Source: Prasinococcaceae sp. CCMP 1430
Taxonomy: Eukaryota; Plantae; Prasinodermophyta
Assembly (NCBI GenBank): GCA_013416795.1
Contig: RQSC01000027.1
Location: 525,165 to 589,164 of the forward strand
Length of the DNA: 64,000 bases
Direction: 5' to 3'
Shown here in pieces: positions 44,995 through 57,033 of the stretch (positions within the stretch are counted from its first letter, which is position 1; each line of letters begins with the position of its first letter). Made by a program: the position numbers and the translations under genes. A model generated the notes under the pieces. The model ran no database searches and had not been told where the DNA came from. It saw nothing but the letters and a program-made list of their open reading frames with translations.

Positions 44995-45360
44995 CGCGCA
45001 GCAGTCCCCCGCGCACCCCCCCCAGCGGGTAAGTGCCCTGCCTCCCGTTATGAGAGGGCAGGGCACAGTGCAGATATCTGCCCACCGCTCCATTCTGTAA
45101 TTTGCTGTCTGCAGAGACTAGGGAGGGCGTGTCCAGCGCGTCAACGCTGCTCGCTAGCTCGCGGCCCCGAAAGCGAGCGCGAGGGCGGCGGCGCGCGCCC
45201 GGACGGCATCGACGCGGCTTGACTCGCATCGGTACGCTGTGTGCGCTCACTTACGTTCTCTTGGCTCAGAGCTCTCGCGCAATCGAGGTCTGGTGTCATA
45301 TGCGGCGCGGCGCGGCGCGCGCGTCTGTGCGCGTGCGTGGTGCGCGCGCGCTCCACTACC

Positions 45361-46167
45361 TCAGTGCTGTGTGTGTGTGCAATCCTCGGTGTCGATGGCA
45401 ACCGGCCCGATGTCGATCTCAGGTAGGTCTGGTAATGAGTCAGCTCCAAGCACGGGCGCGTCCAGTGCGTCAAGCTCGATGTCGAGCGCCGGCGGCGCGT
45501 CGTCGAGCGGTGGCGCTTCGGGGAGCGACACAGTCTCCAGCTCCTTCTGTGCGAGCGCCAGCGCCAGCTCGTCATCCTCCACGGCGTCCCAGAGCGCGTT
45601 CTGCGCCTGCGCGGCCGCGACGCCCGAGCCGCCCCCACGCACGCCGGCGGCCAAACGCTGCGCCCTGCGCGCGAACTCGGCGTCCTCTGCGCGCCGCGCG
45701 GCGGCGAGGACCTCCTCGCCCGTCACGCTGATGCCTTCGCACGGCCCGCGCGCGTACTCCTCGGCAAGCCTCGCAATCTCATCCCCTTGCGCGCGCACCG
45801 CGAGCTGTGCCGCCGTCTGCCAGCTGCTGGCCGGCGTCTTTGCCTGAATGGGCTTCAGCACGCTCCCCCCACCCTTGCCACCGAAGCCCCCGCCTTTGCC
45901 GCCGCCCAGCCCGCTCGGTTTGCTCACAGAGTTGGTGATATCGCCGAGCGTGCGCCTCGGTCGCAGGCCAGTGCCCGGGGTCTTGCCGCCCAGCGGTGCT
46001 GCCTGCTTGCCCTTGCCCGCGGGTGTCTGTATGTTGTGCAGCGGCGTGCCGAAGGAGCGGCTGCCGAGGCCCTTGCCGAGCGACGGCGTCCGCGGGTACG
46101 CAGACCCGGACGCGCCGGCGTTCTCATCCTGCAGCGCCGGCATCGCAAAGCGCACGCCGCCGTCCAT
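45361..46167 (-). CDS. Putative APC/C substrate, securin/PATRONUS-like
   Basis: Low-complexity protein with N-terminal 'QDEN', multiple TP sites, D-box 'RRTLGDITN', and an acidic Pro-containing C-terminus. Confidence 0.55.
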   Translation of the reverse strand: MDGGVRFAMPALQDENAGASGSAYPRTPSLGKGLGSRSFGTPLHNIQTPAGKGKQAAPLGGKTPGTGLRPRRTLGDITNSVSKPSGLGGGKGGGFGGKGGGSVLKPIQAKTPASSWQTAAQLAVRAQGDEIARLAEEYARGPCEGISVTGEEVLAAARRAEDAEFARRAQRLAAGVRGGGSGVAAAQAQNALWDAVEDDELALALAQKELETVSLPEAPPLDDAPPALDIELDALDAPVLGADSLPDLPEIDIGPVAIDTEDCTHTQH

Positions 46168-46577
46168 GACGCGCGCGCTCAGCGAGGACACGTGGTCGAC
46201 GTAGGATGGCTACCTTCCCCCCTTCGTCCCTGGCCCTCCCCCAACCACGCGCAAGCCGAGCACGAGTGCCTCGCCGCGCCCCCCGGGCCCACCCTGCGGA
46301 CCCACGGCCGCCCGCGCCCCCACGAAAGCTCTCGGGACGGCGAAGGCGAGCGCGCGGGAGCCTTGCCAGGCCTCGAGGCCTCCTCTCTTCCCTCCTCCAC
46401 ACCCCCGCCCCACCCGCCCCCACCCCCTCCGTTCCGATGCGCGCCCCGCGCGCGCCGTGTGGCACACATCGCGCGCGGCCGCGGCGCGAGCGCATGCGTC
46501 ATTTAGGTCTTATCCATTAAAAGGGTTTGTAATCCACACATGAAACGATTCATTTTGATGAGCGCGTCGCCCGTTCC

Positions 46578-46589
46578 TAGGTTAGGGTT
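46578..46589. promoter_or_regulatory. Telo-box-like site in a divergent promoter
   Basis: TAGGTTAGGGTT in an AT-richer patch between divergent genes. Confidence 0.5.
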
Positions 46590-46821
46590 GTGTTTGAGGC
46601 TTTCGAGTTTGCGCGCGCGCGCGCGCGCCCCTGCGCTTTTTGCGGCACAAAACGCGCGCGCGCGCGCGCGCCATCGAAACGCAGGAGCGCGTTCGTCCCA
46701 GGTTCGGGCTTGAGATCCAGGGGAAGCGGAGGCTTCAGACCCGGGATCAGACCTGTATGACCCGGTTCATCCGCACATATGACCTGGGTCGCGGCGGCAA
46801 CGCGGGCGAGCGTCGCGTGCT

Positions 46822-48401
46822 GTGCATGGCGAGGCGGCCGCCGCGGCCGCTGCGCCAACGGGTGTGTTGGCTTCTGTGTCAGAAGCGGGAGTCGTGACGG
46901 TGAAGCTCGGGAGGAACGCAGAAGCAGTCGCGCCGCGCAGTGCGCACGCAGCAGACCTGGCATACGTTGAGAAGCTCGAGGCGGCAGTGAGCGCAGCCGC
47001 CGGCAACAGCTGCGTGCACACCGTCGTGCTGGACCTGAGCGCGCCGGACTTCATGGCGCTCGGCGACCACATGTCTCTTGCGGTTGCGCGCGCCGAACAA
47101 GTCCAGGCGGCCACTACGCCGCATAAGTCTGAGCCGCAGCTGCCGCCAGGAGCAGCACAGGCGCTTCTGCGCGCGGAGGCGTCGCTGGCAGAAACCTGGT
47201 CGGGGCTGTGCGAGTCCAAGCTCTGCGTGGCGGTGCTCGGCGACGTGGTGAGCTCGCTCGGACTCGCACTCGCACTCCCATGCGCCTTGCGCGTTGCGGC
47301 GCACTCGACTGTGGTGCAGACTCCGGAAGCATTGCTGGGCCTGCCCGTGCGCCACGGCTTTGCGTCCGCAGCGTGCCACACCTTGGGCCCCGAGTGGTCG
47401 CTCTACCTCGCGCTCACCGGGCAGCCGCTGCCTCTGCGTGGCGCTGGGGAATCTGACCCGAGAGACCTGCTTGCCACGGGCATCGCGACTCATCTCACGC
47501 CTGACGAGAGCTTGGAGGACCTACTTTCTTCGCTGGGCACGGCGCAGACAGATGTCGACGCTCGGGAGGCTGTCGACGCTCTCGGGTTTGGGCTTGACGA
47601 CCGTGACACACCGGCGGGCCGGTTGCGAGCGACAGTCGAAGAGTGCTTTTGCGGACCGCAAAGCATCACAGATGTTGACAGTGCACTGCAGAAGCATGCT
47701 GAGTCTGCCGAGGAGGACGGCGCGTGGGCAGCAGCATCGCGGGACGCGATGCACCTCGCTCCGCCGGCGGCGTGCGCTGCCATATTCGCACACATCAGGG
47801 GCATAGTCGGAGCACAACGCGCTGCGCGACGAGTGCCACCGTGGCCGCCAACAGGGCCCTCTCCGCTCGCGAGCGTGGCAGGGGCACTGGATGCCGAGTA
47901 TCGCTTAACACTCAAGGTGCGAGCAGCATTCTCTTGCACAGTGTGCGCCTCGAGTGTGCTGACCGACTGCGCGCACAAAGGCGACATACTGCTGACGCAT
48001 ATACCGATGCTCTACCACAGCTTCTAGCGCGCGAAGACTTCTTGCGTGCCGTGTCTGCCCTTGGCGAGGACGAGCGCTGCGAGTGCTCACCCGCGGGACT
48101 GAAAGCGGCCATAAGCTCGATCGACGTGCTCGGGCTTACAGCGGATCGCAACGACCTCCCGGCGAGCGGGAGCAGCAACGCCAGCCGACCTGGGTCTCCG
48201 GAGAGCCCGTACGCTCGGCGCCACGCTGAACAAGTCGCGAGGGACTGGGCGGACAGTCGCTACCCAGGCCGCCCCGCCGCGTTTACTGAGACGCGCCGTG
48301 CGAAGGTGAAGAAGCTCACAGATGCGCTCGCGGAGGACGGAGTCAACCTCGATGACTCGCTCAAGGTTGAGCCTCTGAAGCGCGTGCGGCGCATTCGGTA
48401 G
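46822..48401 (+). CDS. Divergent enoyl-CoA hydratase / 3-hydroxyisobutyryl-CoA hydrolase-like protein; intron 47917-48020; start uncertain
   Basis: 'TVVQTPEALLGLP..G', 'YLALTG..L', 'GIATH', 'EECF' and 'EYRLTLK|LLAREDF..AV' match the HIBCH pattern. Confidence 0.65.
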
Positions 48402-48577
48402 AGACGTGCAGTGCAGGGTAGCTACAGTAGCTAGATGTCGTAGATAGCTCGGTTTACAGCGCCGTAATAGGCTAGTACTTTCCGTGCTCTCTAGCCTAGT
48501 CGCGCAGCTACCGCTGCTCGCTTGAGGGGTCCAGCTCATATCATCGCGCGCAGGCGCTTCAGGTACACCGCACAGCT

Positions 48578-50402
48578 CTAGCCGAGATGCTCCTCTACAA
48601 TTTCGCCGTTGGTGGCAGCCGAGAGGTCCTCTGCCGTCGTGACTGTGACGATCTTCTTCGCCGACTTCCCGCTGAGGAATGGCCGCAGCACGTTGATGGC
48701 GAAACGCGTGAAGCGCGTCGGGTACAGGATGATGATGCGCTTGACATTCTTTCGGTACGGGCGCTCAAGTTGCCTTAAGGGTCGAACAAGCACGCATTGT
48801 CAGCACATTGTCTGGCGGAGGCCATTCGCGCGCGTGTTTAGCCTGCGGGTGAACGAACCTGTAGTACGACAGCAGTCGCATAGCCATCCTCGCACCAGTT
48901 GACTGCTCCGCGCCAGATTTTAGGTCGAACACGAGGGCATAGTCGTTTTGAACGACAGGCGCCAGTGCTGCTTTGACGTCGGCCATCGCCAGGTCGGAGG
49001 CCTCCTTCTCAGTTGGCCATGCGCGCGCATTGACGACAACGATGGGCCGCCGCAATGAGTCAAGACCTGGCATGCGAACCACTTGGATATTTTTGGCCGC
49101 TTTTCTGCCTGCCTCGACCCGCTGCGTCTCCTCAGAACTGCTGACAGCGCGGTCACGGCCTGAAACAGCTTCAGACTCGTCGTCGTCAAGGCCAACCTCA
49201 GCTATCGGACGCTCTTCTTCATCTTTCGTACGCGCGGCCTCTTGTTCCTCGACAGCGGCCTCCTCTTCGGCGGCCACGCGCGCAGCCTCCTCTTCGGCGG
49301 CTTTGCGTGCAGCCTCCTCTTCGGCGGCTACGCGCGCAGCCTCCTCCTCGGCGGCCACGCGCGCAGCCTCCTCTTCGGCGGCTTTGCGTGCGGCCTCCTC
49401 CTCGGCGGCCACGCGCGCAGCCTCCTCTTCAGCAGCTTTGCGTGCGGCCTCCTCCTCGGCGGCTTTGCGTGCAGCCTCCTCTTCAGCAGCTTTGCGTGCG
49501 GCCTCCTCTTCGGCGGCTTTGCGCGCGGCCTCCTCCTCGGGGGCCACGCGCGCAGCCTCCTCTTCAGCAGCTTTGCGTGCGGCCTCCTCCTCTTCGGCGG
49601 CCACGCGCGCAGCCTCCTCTTCGGCGGCTTTGCGTGCGGCCTCCTCCTCGGCGGCTTTGCGTGCAGCCTCCTCTTCGGCGGCCACGCGCGCAGCCTCCTC
49701 CTCGGCGGCCACGCGCGCAGCCTCCTCTTCGGCGGCTTTGCGTGCGGCCTCCTCCTCGGCGGCCGCGCGCGCAGCCTCCTCTTCAGCAGCTTTGCGTGCG
49801 GCCTCCTCCTCCTCGGCGGCCACGCGCGCAGCCTCCTCTTCGGCGGCTTTGCGTGCGGCCTCCTCCTCGGCGGCGGCGGCCACGCTCGCAGCTTCTTCGT
49901 CAACATCAGTTTTCTGAGGTGAAAGGCTCGAAGCCATGAGGGCATCGAGCGGATCGACGAGCGGCGCCTCGGGCGCGGAGGACGGCTCGCCGAACAGCTC
50001 CGCCAACGGGTCCGACGCAGCAGTCGGGGTGGACGTTGTTGCCGGGACACTGGACAGGTCGAACATGGCTTCGAGCGCGTCATCCGCGGTCACCGTCGCG
50101 TCGGCGCCCGGCGCTGCATCTGGTGCTGCAGGCGATGTCAGATCACCGAGCAGATCGATGAGGCCGCCGTCTGCCTCCGGTGCGCCGTCGCCGCTGCTGG
50201 TGCCGCCAGCGTCAGTGCCCTCGTGGCCGCCTGCTGGCGCTGCCGGCGCCCCGTCCGCGCCGGCCTCGGCCTCGGCCTCGGCCTCGGCCTCGGCCTCAGC
50301 CTCGGCCACGGGCGCGCCCTCGGCGGTGGATCCCTCCTCCGCCTTCTCGGCGACCGCGTCCCCCTGTGCGGCCCTCGACTTGCTCCTCTTCTTGCGCGCC
50401 AT
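48578..50402 (-). CDS. Protein with an AEEEAARKA repeat stalk and C-terminal CRAL-TRIO/BCH-like domain; intron 48774-48858
   Basis: 'G.D...RPIVVV', 'Y.LV', and 'YR|QL.R.YRKNVK.IIILYPT.F.R....RPFLS.K..KKI'. Confidence 0.75.
49255..49880 (-). repeat. 27-nt coding tandem repeat (AAEEEAAR[K/V])
   Basis: More than 20 near-identical units. Confidence 0.95.
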
Positions 50403-50424
50403 CGCGGGAGCGCCGCGGCGCCCG

Positions 50425-50639
50425 CCGCCGCGCGCGCGCCGTGTGCCTCGCGCGCCCTGTCAGCACCTCGGACGGATGCCCGCGAAACGCGCGCGCCCCA
50501 GCGGATCACCGCGCGCNGCCTCGTACAGGGCAGCCTCAAGCGCCCGACCGCCGCGCGCGCGCCGTGTGCCTCGCGCGCCCTGTCAGCACCTCGGACGGAT
50601 GCCCGCGAAACGCGCGCGCCCCAGCGGATCACCGCGCGC
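50425..50639. repeat. 92-nt exact direct duplication around a single N (probable contig-overlap artefact)
   Basis: 50425-50516 equals 50548-50639; N at 50517. Confidence 0.85.
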
Positions 50640-50962
50640 ACAACGCTTGCGTTTCGATTGCGCGCCCCGCCCGAGAATCTGCGGTTTTGTCACGGTTTCG
50701 CCGCGCGCGCGCCGGATTTCGCGGCGCGGCTCGCGCTCAACGAACCCTCGCGAGCGTTTGTGAAGGGTTTGACCCTAACAATGCGCGTCTGCGGACGAGC
50801 GCCCGCCGGCGCCGGCGCCACAGCAGCGCGCGCGGAGCGCCGCGCCCGCGCACCGTCCTCCCCCCGTCGGTCCTCGGAGGCGGGGTGCGGCGCGGCGCGC
50901 ACTGCGCACGAGGGGGGAAGGGGGGGCGGGGTGGAGTGGGGTTGCGGCGAAATCCTATCGAG

Positions 50963-53900
50963 ATGGCCGCGGGGGATGCGCCGGTGGGAGCTCCGACCGA
51001 GCGCAGCGGCGGCACGGACGCGCACCGGCGCGACGTGGGCGGCGCGGGGCGCTTCGCGTTCGGCAGGCTCGTTGAGTGCTACGATGCGCTTGTCCAGGCG
51101 CACGGCCGGCTGCACCGCCGCCGCATCCTGGAGGCGCTCTTCGAGCAATACGAGGCGACCGAGACGCACCCCGGCAGTGCGCGGACGCACTCCGACTACT
51201 TCGCGCTGCTGCGCCTGCTTTTGCCCAGGCTCGACAAGGAGCGATCGGTCTACGGGCTGAAGGAGACGGCCCTCGCGAAGGCGCTCGTCAAGGCGCTCCA
51301 CCTCGGAGAATCGTCCGAGGAGGCAAAGAGGCTCTTCGAGTGGCGTACCAACGCGGGTGAAGCCACGGGGAACCTCGCTCAGGCGGCGAAGAAGGTGCTA
51401 CACAGGCGGTGCACCTCGCGGGGCCGCAGCATCAAGGACGTGAATGACTACCTCGACAGGCTCATGCGCACCGCTGGCCAGCGCGGTGACGGCGAGAAAG
51501 GCAAGGCCTACGGTGCCACCAGCATGCAGGCGGCCGTACTTTCGGAGATGACCAATAATCTGGGGGAAGAAGAGATGTTTTGGGTAATCAAGCACGTGTT
51601 GAAGGATGACTTCAAGCTTGGCTGCGGCGAGACGGCGGTGTTCAACGTGTTTCACACGGACGCCAAGGAGCACATGAACACAACCAGCAGCCTACGCGAC
51701 GTCGCGGAGACGTGCGGGCGCAACCGCAACAAACGCGTACGGCGGCGGGACGTCGAGGTTGGCAAGTGCGTCCGTGCCATGCTCGCCAGCGCAACGCGCT
51801 CTGTGGAGCGCGCAGCGAACGTCATGAGGGGCAAGAACATCGTCGTCGAGTGCAAGTTCGACGGCGAACGCTCTCAGGTGCACTTCGACCGCTCAAAAGG
51901 TGGTGCGCCTGCGGTGCACATGTACAGCCGAAAAATGAATGACCATGCGGACGTTTACAAGGTGCTTACACCCATCCTCGAAAGGGCGTTCGCCCCGGGC
52001 GTCCAGCGCGCCATTCTGGACTGCGAAGTCGTCGCATACTCGCCGGAGGCGGCGGCCGAAGGCAAGGGTGGCTTCGTTCCGTTTGGCACGGTCCGCGGCA
52101 TAGCCAAGGCGCTTGGCGACGGTGGCAAGGATGCTGTGCGCGAGCCACGCGACGCCGAGATGTGCCTTATTGTTTTCGACATCATCTACGTCAACGACAC
52201 CTCGCTCCTGCACTACACTCTCGAAGACAGGCACAGCGTCCTGAAAAAGCACTTGCGCCCCACGCGCGATGCCGGCATTGGTGCGATAGACCTGGTGGTG
52301 CCCGATCTCGTGCCCATTCTTCCGGGGCGCGTGGATCACTACTCGGACAGAGCTAGCAGCGGTGGCAAGGAGGCCGAGAGTCTGATCAGGTCGGTCTTCG
52401 AGCGCAGCATCGACCGCGCCGAGGAGGGGATTCTGATCAAAGACCTTGCTTCGCGCTGGGAGCCTGCTGATCGTGGCGATGCGTGGCTCAAAATGAAACC
52501 GGACTACGTCAAGGGCCGCGTTGACCTCGACTGCCTCATCATCGGAGCTTTCTATGGCACAAACAGGCGCGGCGGCGGCATTGCCGAATTCCTCGTGGGG
52601 CTCGGAAAGGAGCCCGTCGTTCCCGGCGCGCAGCCAACCCAGTGGGAGTCCTTCGCCAAAATTGGAGGTGGGTTTTCCGACCAGGATCGCAACACGATCC
52701 GAGACAAACTCAAAGACCACCTCATCAAGTATGAACCCAACAAAAACCCGCCTGAGTACATCGTGACCCACCACGTGATGGAGCGACCGCACTTCTGGGT
52801 GGCGCCGGGCTGTGGGATTGTGTTGCAGGTCGCCGCGGACGTGCGCTTGATTCACTCCGATGTCTTTGCAAGCAAGTACTCTCTGCGCTTTCCCCGCTGC
52901 GAGCGCGTGCGCTATGACAAATCCGCCAACGAGTCCCTCACGGACAAGGGCCTGGATAGGATCATTGCTGAGAACACGAAGGTGCGTGGCGTGCGTGATG
53001 AGGACGGGGCGATGCAGGCAAAATGATAGACACACAGCGCGCCCTGCGCAAAGGCTGACACGCACGATGCGTTCCATGGGGTATTCTAGGCTGGTGGAGG
53101 GGGCATGATGCTTATGACATCGGGGCACCTTGAGGGTGTAGGCAGCCCTGGCAAAACAAAGACCAAGCAGCGCAAGGCTCCACAGCCGCAGCGCGAAATC
53201 ATGGAGGCGCGGTACCGCATGCCAGACGGCAGGAGGGTGCAAATGCTCTCAGAGGCGCTACAGGGCATGCATGTGCACATCGTGCAGGGTGCTGAGGGCG
53301 ACGCACTGTGGCAGCTGCAGATCAAGGTCATTCGCAATGGAGGGGAGCTATTGATGAACCTGCCCAAGGCCAAGATGCCAACGGTGCCCAAGAGGACTCT
53401 TGGCCGCGGCATGAAGCGCTCAGAGGCGCCGACCCCTGTGGGTGACATGCCTGCGTATGACGATGACATCGTGGTGGTTGCGCCGACCCCCAAAAGCGCC
53501 GCTCTCGACATACTACGACGGGCTGACAACGTGGATGTGCTCTCGCCGGACTGGCTCGACGAGTGCGACGAACATCAGGTGAGAGCTCCCATCCAGGCGT
53601 GCCACTATGTGTTCATGTGTTCGGCGACCAGGCGGCGACTCTCTGCTGAAATCGATGAGTACGGCGACTCGTACACGGAGGAAGTGACGGCAAAGAGGGT
53701 GCGCACGCTAATTAATACGGTCTCTTGTGGGCCGCAGGGGGGGGTTGACGGCTGGCCGCGACGGGGCGCGAGCGCGCGAGAGGCACTGATCGACGAGTAC
53801 GAGGAAATCCGGACGCCTCTCAATGCCCTTGCAGGCGCATGTATTCTGCTCCTCCCGACGGCACCTGCGGGCTCTCCAGCGGCCAGGCGCCAGGAGAGCG

Positions 53901-54223
53901 ATTTGCGGGCTCTCGCTTGTGAAGCCCGCTACGCTGGTGCGGAGGTGCTGCCAGGGGGCGTCGGCCAGCCGAGTGGCCGGCTGCAAGCCGGAGGCTCGGG
54001 TGGCAGCTCACAGGTGTACCCAACGCACGTGGTGCTGTACTACGATCCGATGTTTGATATCGTCGAGTGCACACAGCTCGATGGGGCTGTACGAAAGCCC
54101 GTGGACATCGCCGTCCGCCACGGAGCGCTGGTTGTGAAGCACACTTGGCTCGAGGCTTCACTGCGCGGCAACGAGTTCGTGGACGAGAGCGGCCACCGCA
54201 TGACCGACGCTCGTAGTAGTTAG
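50963..54223 (+). CDS. LIG4: DNA ligase IV; intron 52982-53089
   Basis: DNA-binding domain 'RLLLP.LDKER.VYGLKE', motif I 'ECKFDGER', 'EEGILIK', 'WLKMKPDY', 'LRFPR', and C-terminal BRCT-like repeats with 'DEYGDSY'. Confidence 0.93.
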
Positions 54224-54273
54224 TGAGATAGAGGGCGACCGATTGCGTGTTGTTGTGACAAGTATACATTACA

Positions 54274-57033
54274 TCAGCTGCGCATCGAGCGGCGCGACTC
54301 GATGACGTCGGCAAAGGCTTCCGCAAGCCTCTCGACAACGCCGTCCTGCGCAACCCGCGAATGCACCTCCGCCTCCTCCTCAGGACTCAGTTTTGCCGCC
54401 CGCGCTTGGCCAAGGACCACGAGTGTGAGCGCGTCCTCCAGCTCCTCGCTTTCGGACATCATTAGCCCCCATCTGAGCATCGCCGCTCCGCGCACCACCT
54501 CCGCTTCAATCAGTGCGGCGCTCCCTCCGCGCGGCCTCGACTCAGCGGCCTGTGCAATGCTCTCCAGACACCTCACAATGTTGGCCGCCACCTTGAGGCG
54601 CTCATCCGCGGCGCCTTCGAGCCCCGCACCCTCGTTAGCGTAGAAGGTCTCTAGAACCAGCAGATCCTCCAGCAGCGCAGGATGGCGCTCGTCCTGATGA
54701 TACCTGCCTTTGATGTCGACGGCCTCCCGAAGGAGCTTCACGGCAAAGGCGGCCTGGCCTGTCTTTGCCAGCTGCTGCGCTGCGTTGCGTTTGGCCCAGG
54801 CAAGCTCTGGCCCCGGTACGTCGACACCCACCGCGGGGCCGGCCTCCTGTCCCGTGGACTTGAATTTGGACCAGCCTGCCATCTGCTCCTCGAAGGACTT
54901 CTCTCTCACCGGCGCGTTGGATTTGGCTTCCCGCTCGCGTCGCCTGAGCTCCAGGGCGTCCGGAGGGGCGCGCTCCTCCGCGAGCCTTGAGATCTTCTCT
55001 GACACGGGGTGCGAAGCGGCCAAGTGACGCGTGCAGCACGCCGCCAGTGGTCGCGCATGGCGAAGGTAGCGCGTCTGCTGGTTGATGGGACCAACGAGGC
55101 CGTCCACCGCACCGGCGGCCATGCTTCTCCCCAGACTCTCCACGTCGTCCCCTTCGCTGGCACACAAGTCGTAGAAGTGCGCCCAAACCAGCATCGTCCC
55201 CTCGAGCAAGACTGCCGCGCCGACGTTGGCACTCGCGGCCCCTGCACCGGCGGCGGCCATCGCAGCCTCAGATACCGTCGCATCCATCGCGGCACGAAGC
55301 AGCTGATCGGCCCTCGCGGCAAGTGCGGCCGACTCAGCCGAGGCGGCGCGCTCAACCTCGGCGATCGCTTGCGCGCGGTCGCCGCCGCACGCGTGCTCGA
55401 GCGCTGCGCGTAGGTGCAACGTGGTCAGCGGTGCCAGATCATCCGAAGAAGGCGACTTGAGCTGTCTGGACAGCTCGCTGGCCTCGGTGCTCAACCGCCA
55501 CTCCTTCCCAGCGTAGGCCAACTCAAAAGCGCACGTGCTGCCGCCGACGCCGCCGGCGTCCGCACCGCCGAGTGCGGCCTGACGTTCGCCAAAGACGGCT
55601 GCCTCTTCGAACTCCGCCAGCGCGCTCTTGGCTGCCGCGACTGCTTCCACTTCGGCCATGGCGCCGGCTGCGCGCACCACGTGTTGGGCAGCGTCCTCGC
55701 CAATGCTGCCCGCGATCCCTCCCGAGCCCATCATGGCCTGCAGCCTCACTGCGGACATGAACGATTCGGCAGCCGCCGCCGCAGCGCGGCCGCACAAGTC
55801 CGGCAGCGCGAGCGCGGCATCCTCCACCGAGGCAAACACCTGCGAGAGGGGCTCCGGCTCTGCGACTCCCCCCACGGACGTGATGACTGGACTGGAGGCG
55901 CGAGCCATCACCACGATCTCGACAACTGCGGGTTCCGCCTCCTCGAGCTGCTCGTCCGTCATCCTGTTCATATCACCCATCTTGGTGCCAGGCGGTGGAG
56001 CGCGCACCTCGACCGCGCCCTCGATCCGCAGCGAGAGGGGCACCTGCAGAGCGGCGATGCGCGCTTCCTCCTCGCGCCGGCGCGCCTCCTCCTCAGCGAG
56101 CCTCTTCGCACGCTCCTCCGCCTCGAGACGCGCCTTCTCCTTCGCGGCCGCCTCCGCCTTGGCACGTTCCTCGGCGGCCTTGGCGCGCTGCGCGGCAATC
56201 TTCTCGTCGCGTTCCTTTCGCTGTTGCTCTCGCAACGGCGCGAGCATGGCCTCACGCTCCGCCTCAGCCTCGGCGGCCTTGCGCTCCTCCTCCGCCTTAC
56301 GCTCCTCTTCCTCCTTCAGGCGCCGCGCGGCGATCTCCTTGAGCTCCTCGCGCTCCTTTTGTCGCGCGGCGCGTCGCCTCTCACGCGCCTCCTCCGCGGC
56401 CGCGACCTCCTCGGGAGTGCGCATAGGCGCGCGCTTGCCCGCCTTCTCCGCTGCCCGCGCGAGCGCCTCGCGGCGTGCGGCGGCGATGCGCTCGGCGGCG
56501 GCGTCCGCGAGCCCCGCTGCCTCGAGCATCACGCGCATCTCGCGCACCGCGCCGAACACTGCGCCGGTCAGCGCGAGCGGCGCGAACCCGAACCCGAGGA
56601 TGCCATTGCCAGCCGCCGCCGCTGCCGCGTCAGCCACATCCGGTGGCACGTACACGTTCGCGGGCGGCACCCACGCGGCCGCCGCGGGCGAGGGCGCCGC
56701 GCCGCTCGTGAGCGGGGTCAGGCCCCGTGCGTTCACGCGCGCGGGTGCGTGAGGCGGAGGTGCGCGTGCGGGGGGGGAGGTGTGGCGCGCGCGCCGGGCG
56801 CGGGCTGCGCGCGCGGCATAAACCCTCCACGGCTTCGCCCGGGCAGCAGCCCCCAAATGCGCCCAAACTCCGCCCCGAACGCCACGCGCGCGCGCGAGTG
56901 CAGGTGCCAACCAAGAGAGCCCCCTTTGGCAGGTCCGCTGGTGGGTCCCCGGCTGGTTGCCGTGCGCGCGCGGCGGCGCTTCCGCACAACTCTCGTCCCC
57001 CTTCCTTCCCTTTTCGATCTTCCCCCCAACCAC
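54274..57033 (-). CDS. Hypothetical protein with a hydrophobic segment, E/R/K coiled coil and C-terminal TPR-like helices; start uncertain
   Basis: 919-aa ORF with coding-like bias below about 56700. 'A..LL.EAVDIK...HP' resembles kinesin-light-chain TPRs. TGTAA directly follows the stop. Confidence 0.6.
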   Translation of the reverse strand: MVGGKIEKGRKGDESCAEAPPRAHGNQPGTHQRTCQRGLSWLAPALARARGVRGGVWAHLGAAARAKPWRVYAARAARARRARHTSPPARAPPPHAPARVNARGLTPLTSGAAPSPAAAAWVPPANVYVPPDVADAAAAAAGNGILGFGFAPLALTGAVFGAVREMRVMLEAAGLADAAAERIAAARREALARAAEKAGKRAPMRTPEEVAAAEEARERRRAARQKEREELKEIAARRLKEEEERKAEEERKAAEAEAEREAMLAPLREQQRKERDEKIAAQRAKAAEERAKAEAAAKEKARLEAEERAKRLAEEEARRREEEARIAALQVPLSLRIEGAVEVRAPPPGTKMGDMNRMTDEQLEEAEPAVVEIVVMARASSPVITSVGGVAEPEPLSQVFASVEDAALALPDLCGRAAAAAAESFMSAVRLQAMMGSGGIAGSIGEDAAQHVVRAAGAMAEVEAVAAAKSALAEFEEAAVFGERQAALGGADAGGVGGSTCAFELAYAGKEWRLSTEASELSRQLKSPSSDDLAPLTTLHLRAALEHACGGDRAQAIAEVERAASAESAALAARADQLLRAAMDATVSEAAMAAAGAGAASANVGAAVLLEGTMLVWAHFYDLCASEGDDVESLGRSMAAGAVDGLVGPINQQTRYLRHARPLAACCTRHLAASHPVSEKISRLAEERAPPDALELRRREREAKSNAPVREKSFEEQMAGWSKFKSTGQEAGPAVGVDVPGPELAWAKRNAAQQLAKTGQAAFAVKLLREAVDIKGRYHQDERHPALLEDLLVLETFYANEGAGLEGAADERLKVAANIVRCLESIAQAAESRPRGGSAALIEAEVVRGAAMLRWGLMMSESEELEDALTLVVLGQARAAKLSPEEEAEVHSRVAQDGVVERLAEAFADVIESRRSMRS

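Noticed and set aside
49255-49880. CRISPR-like regular repeat array
   Set aside because: Contiguous 27-nt coding repeats with no unique spacers and no cas genes.
50425-50639. Direct repeats as a transposon or target-site duplication
   Set aside because: Exact copies flanking a single N, typical of unmerged contig ends.
286-54223. FANCI plus LIG4 as a DNA-repair cluster or operon-like system
   Set aside because: They are about 46 kb apart with many unrelated genes between; ordinary eukaryotic gene order.
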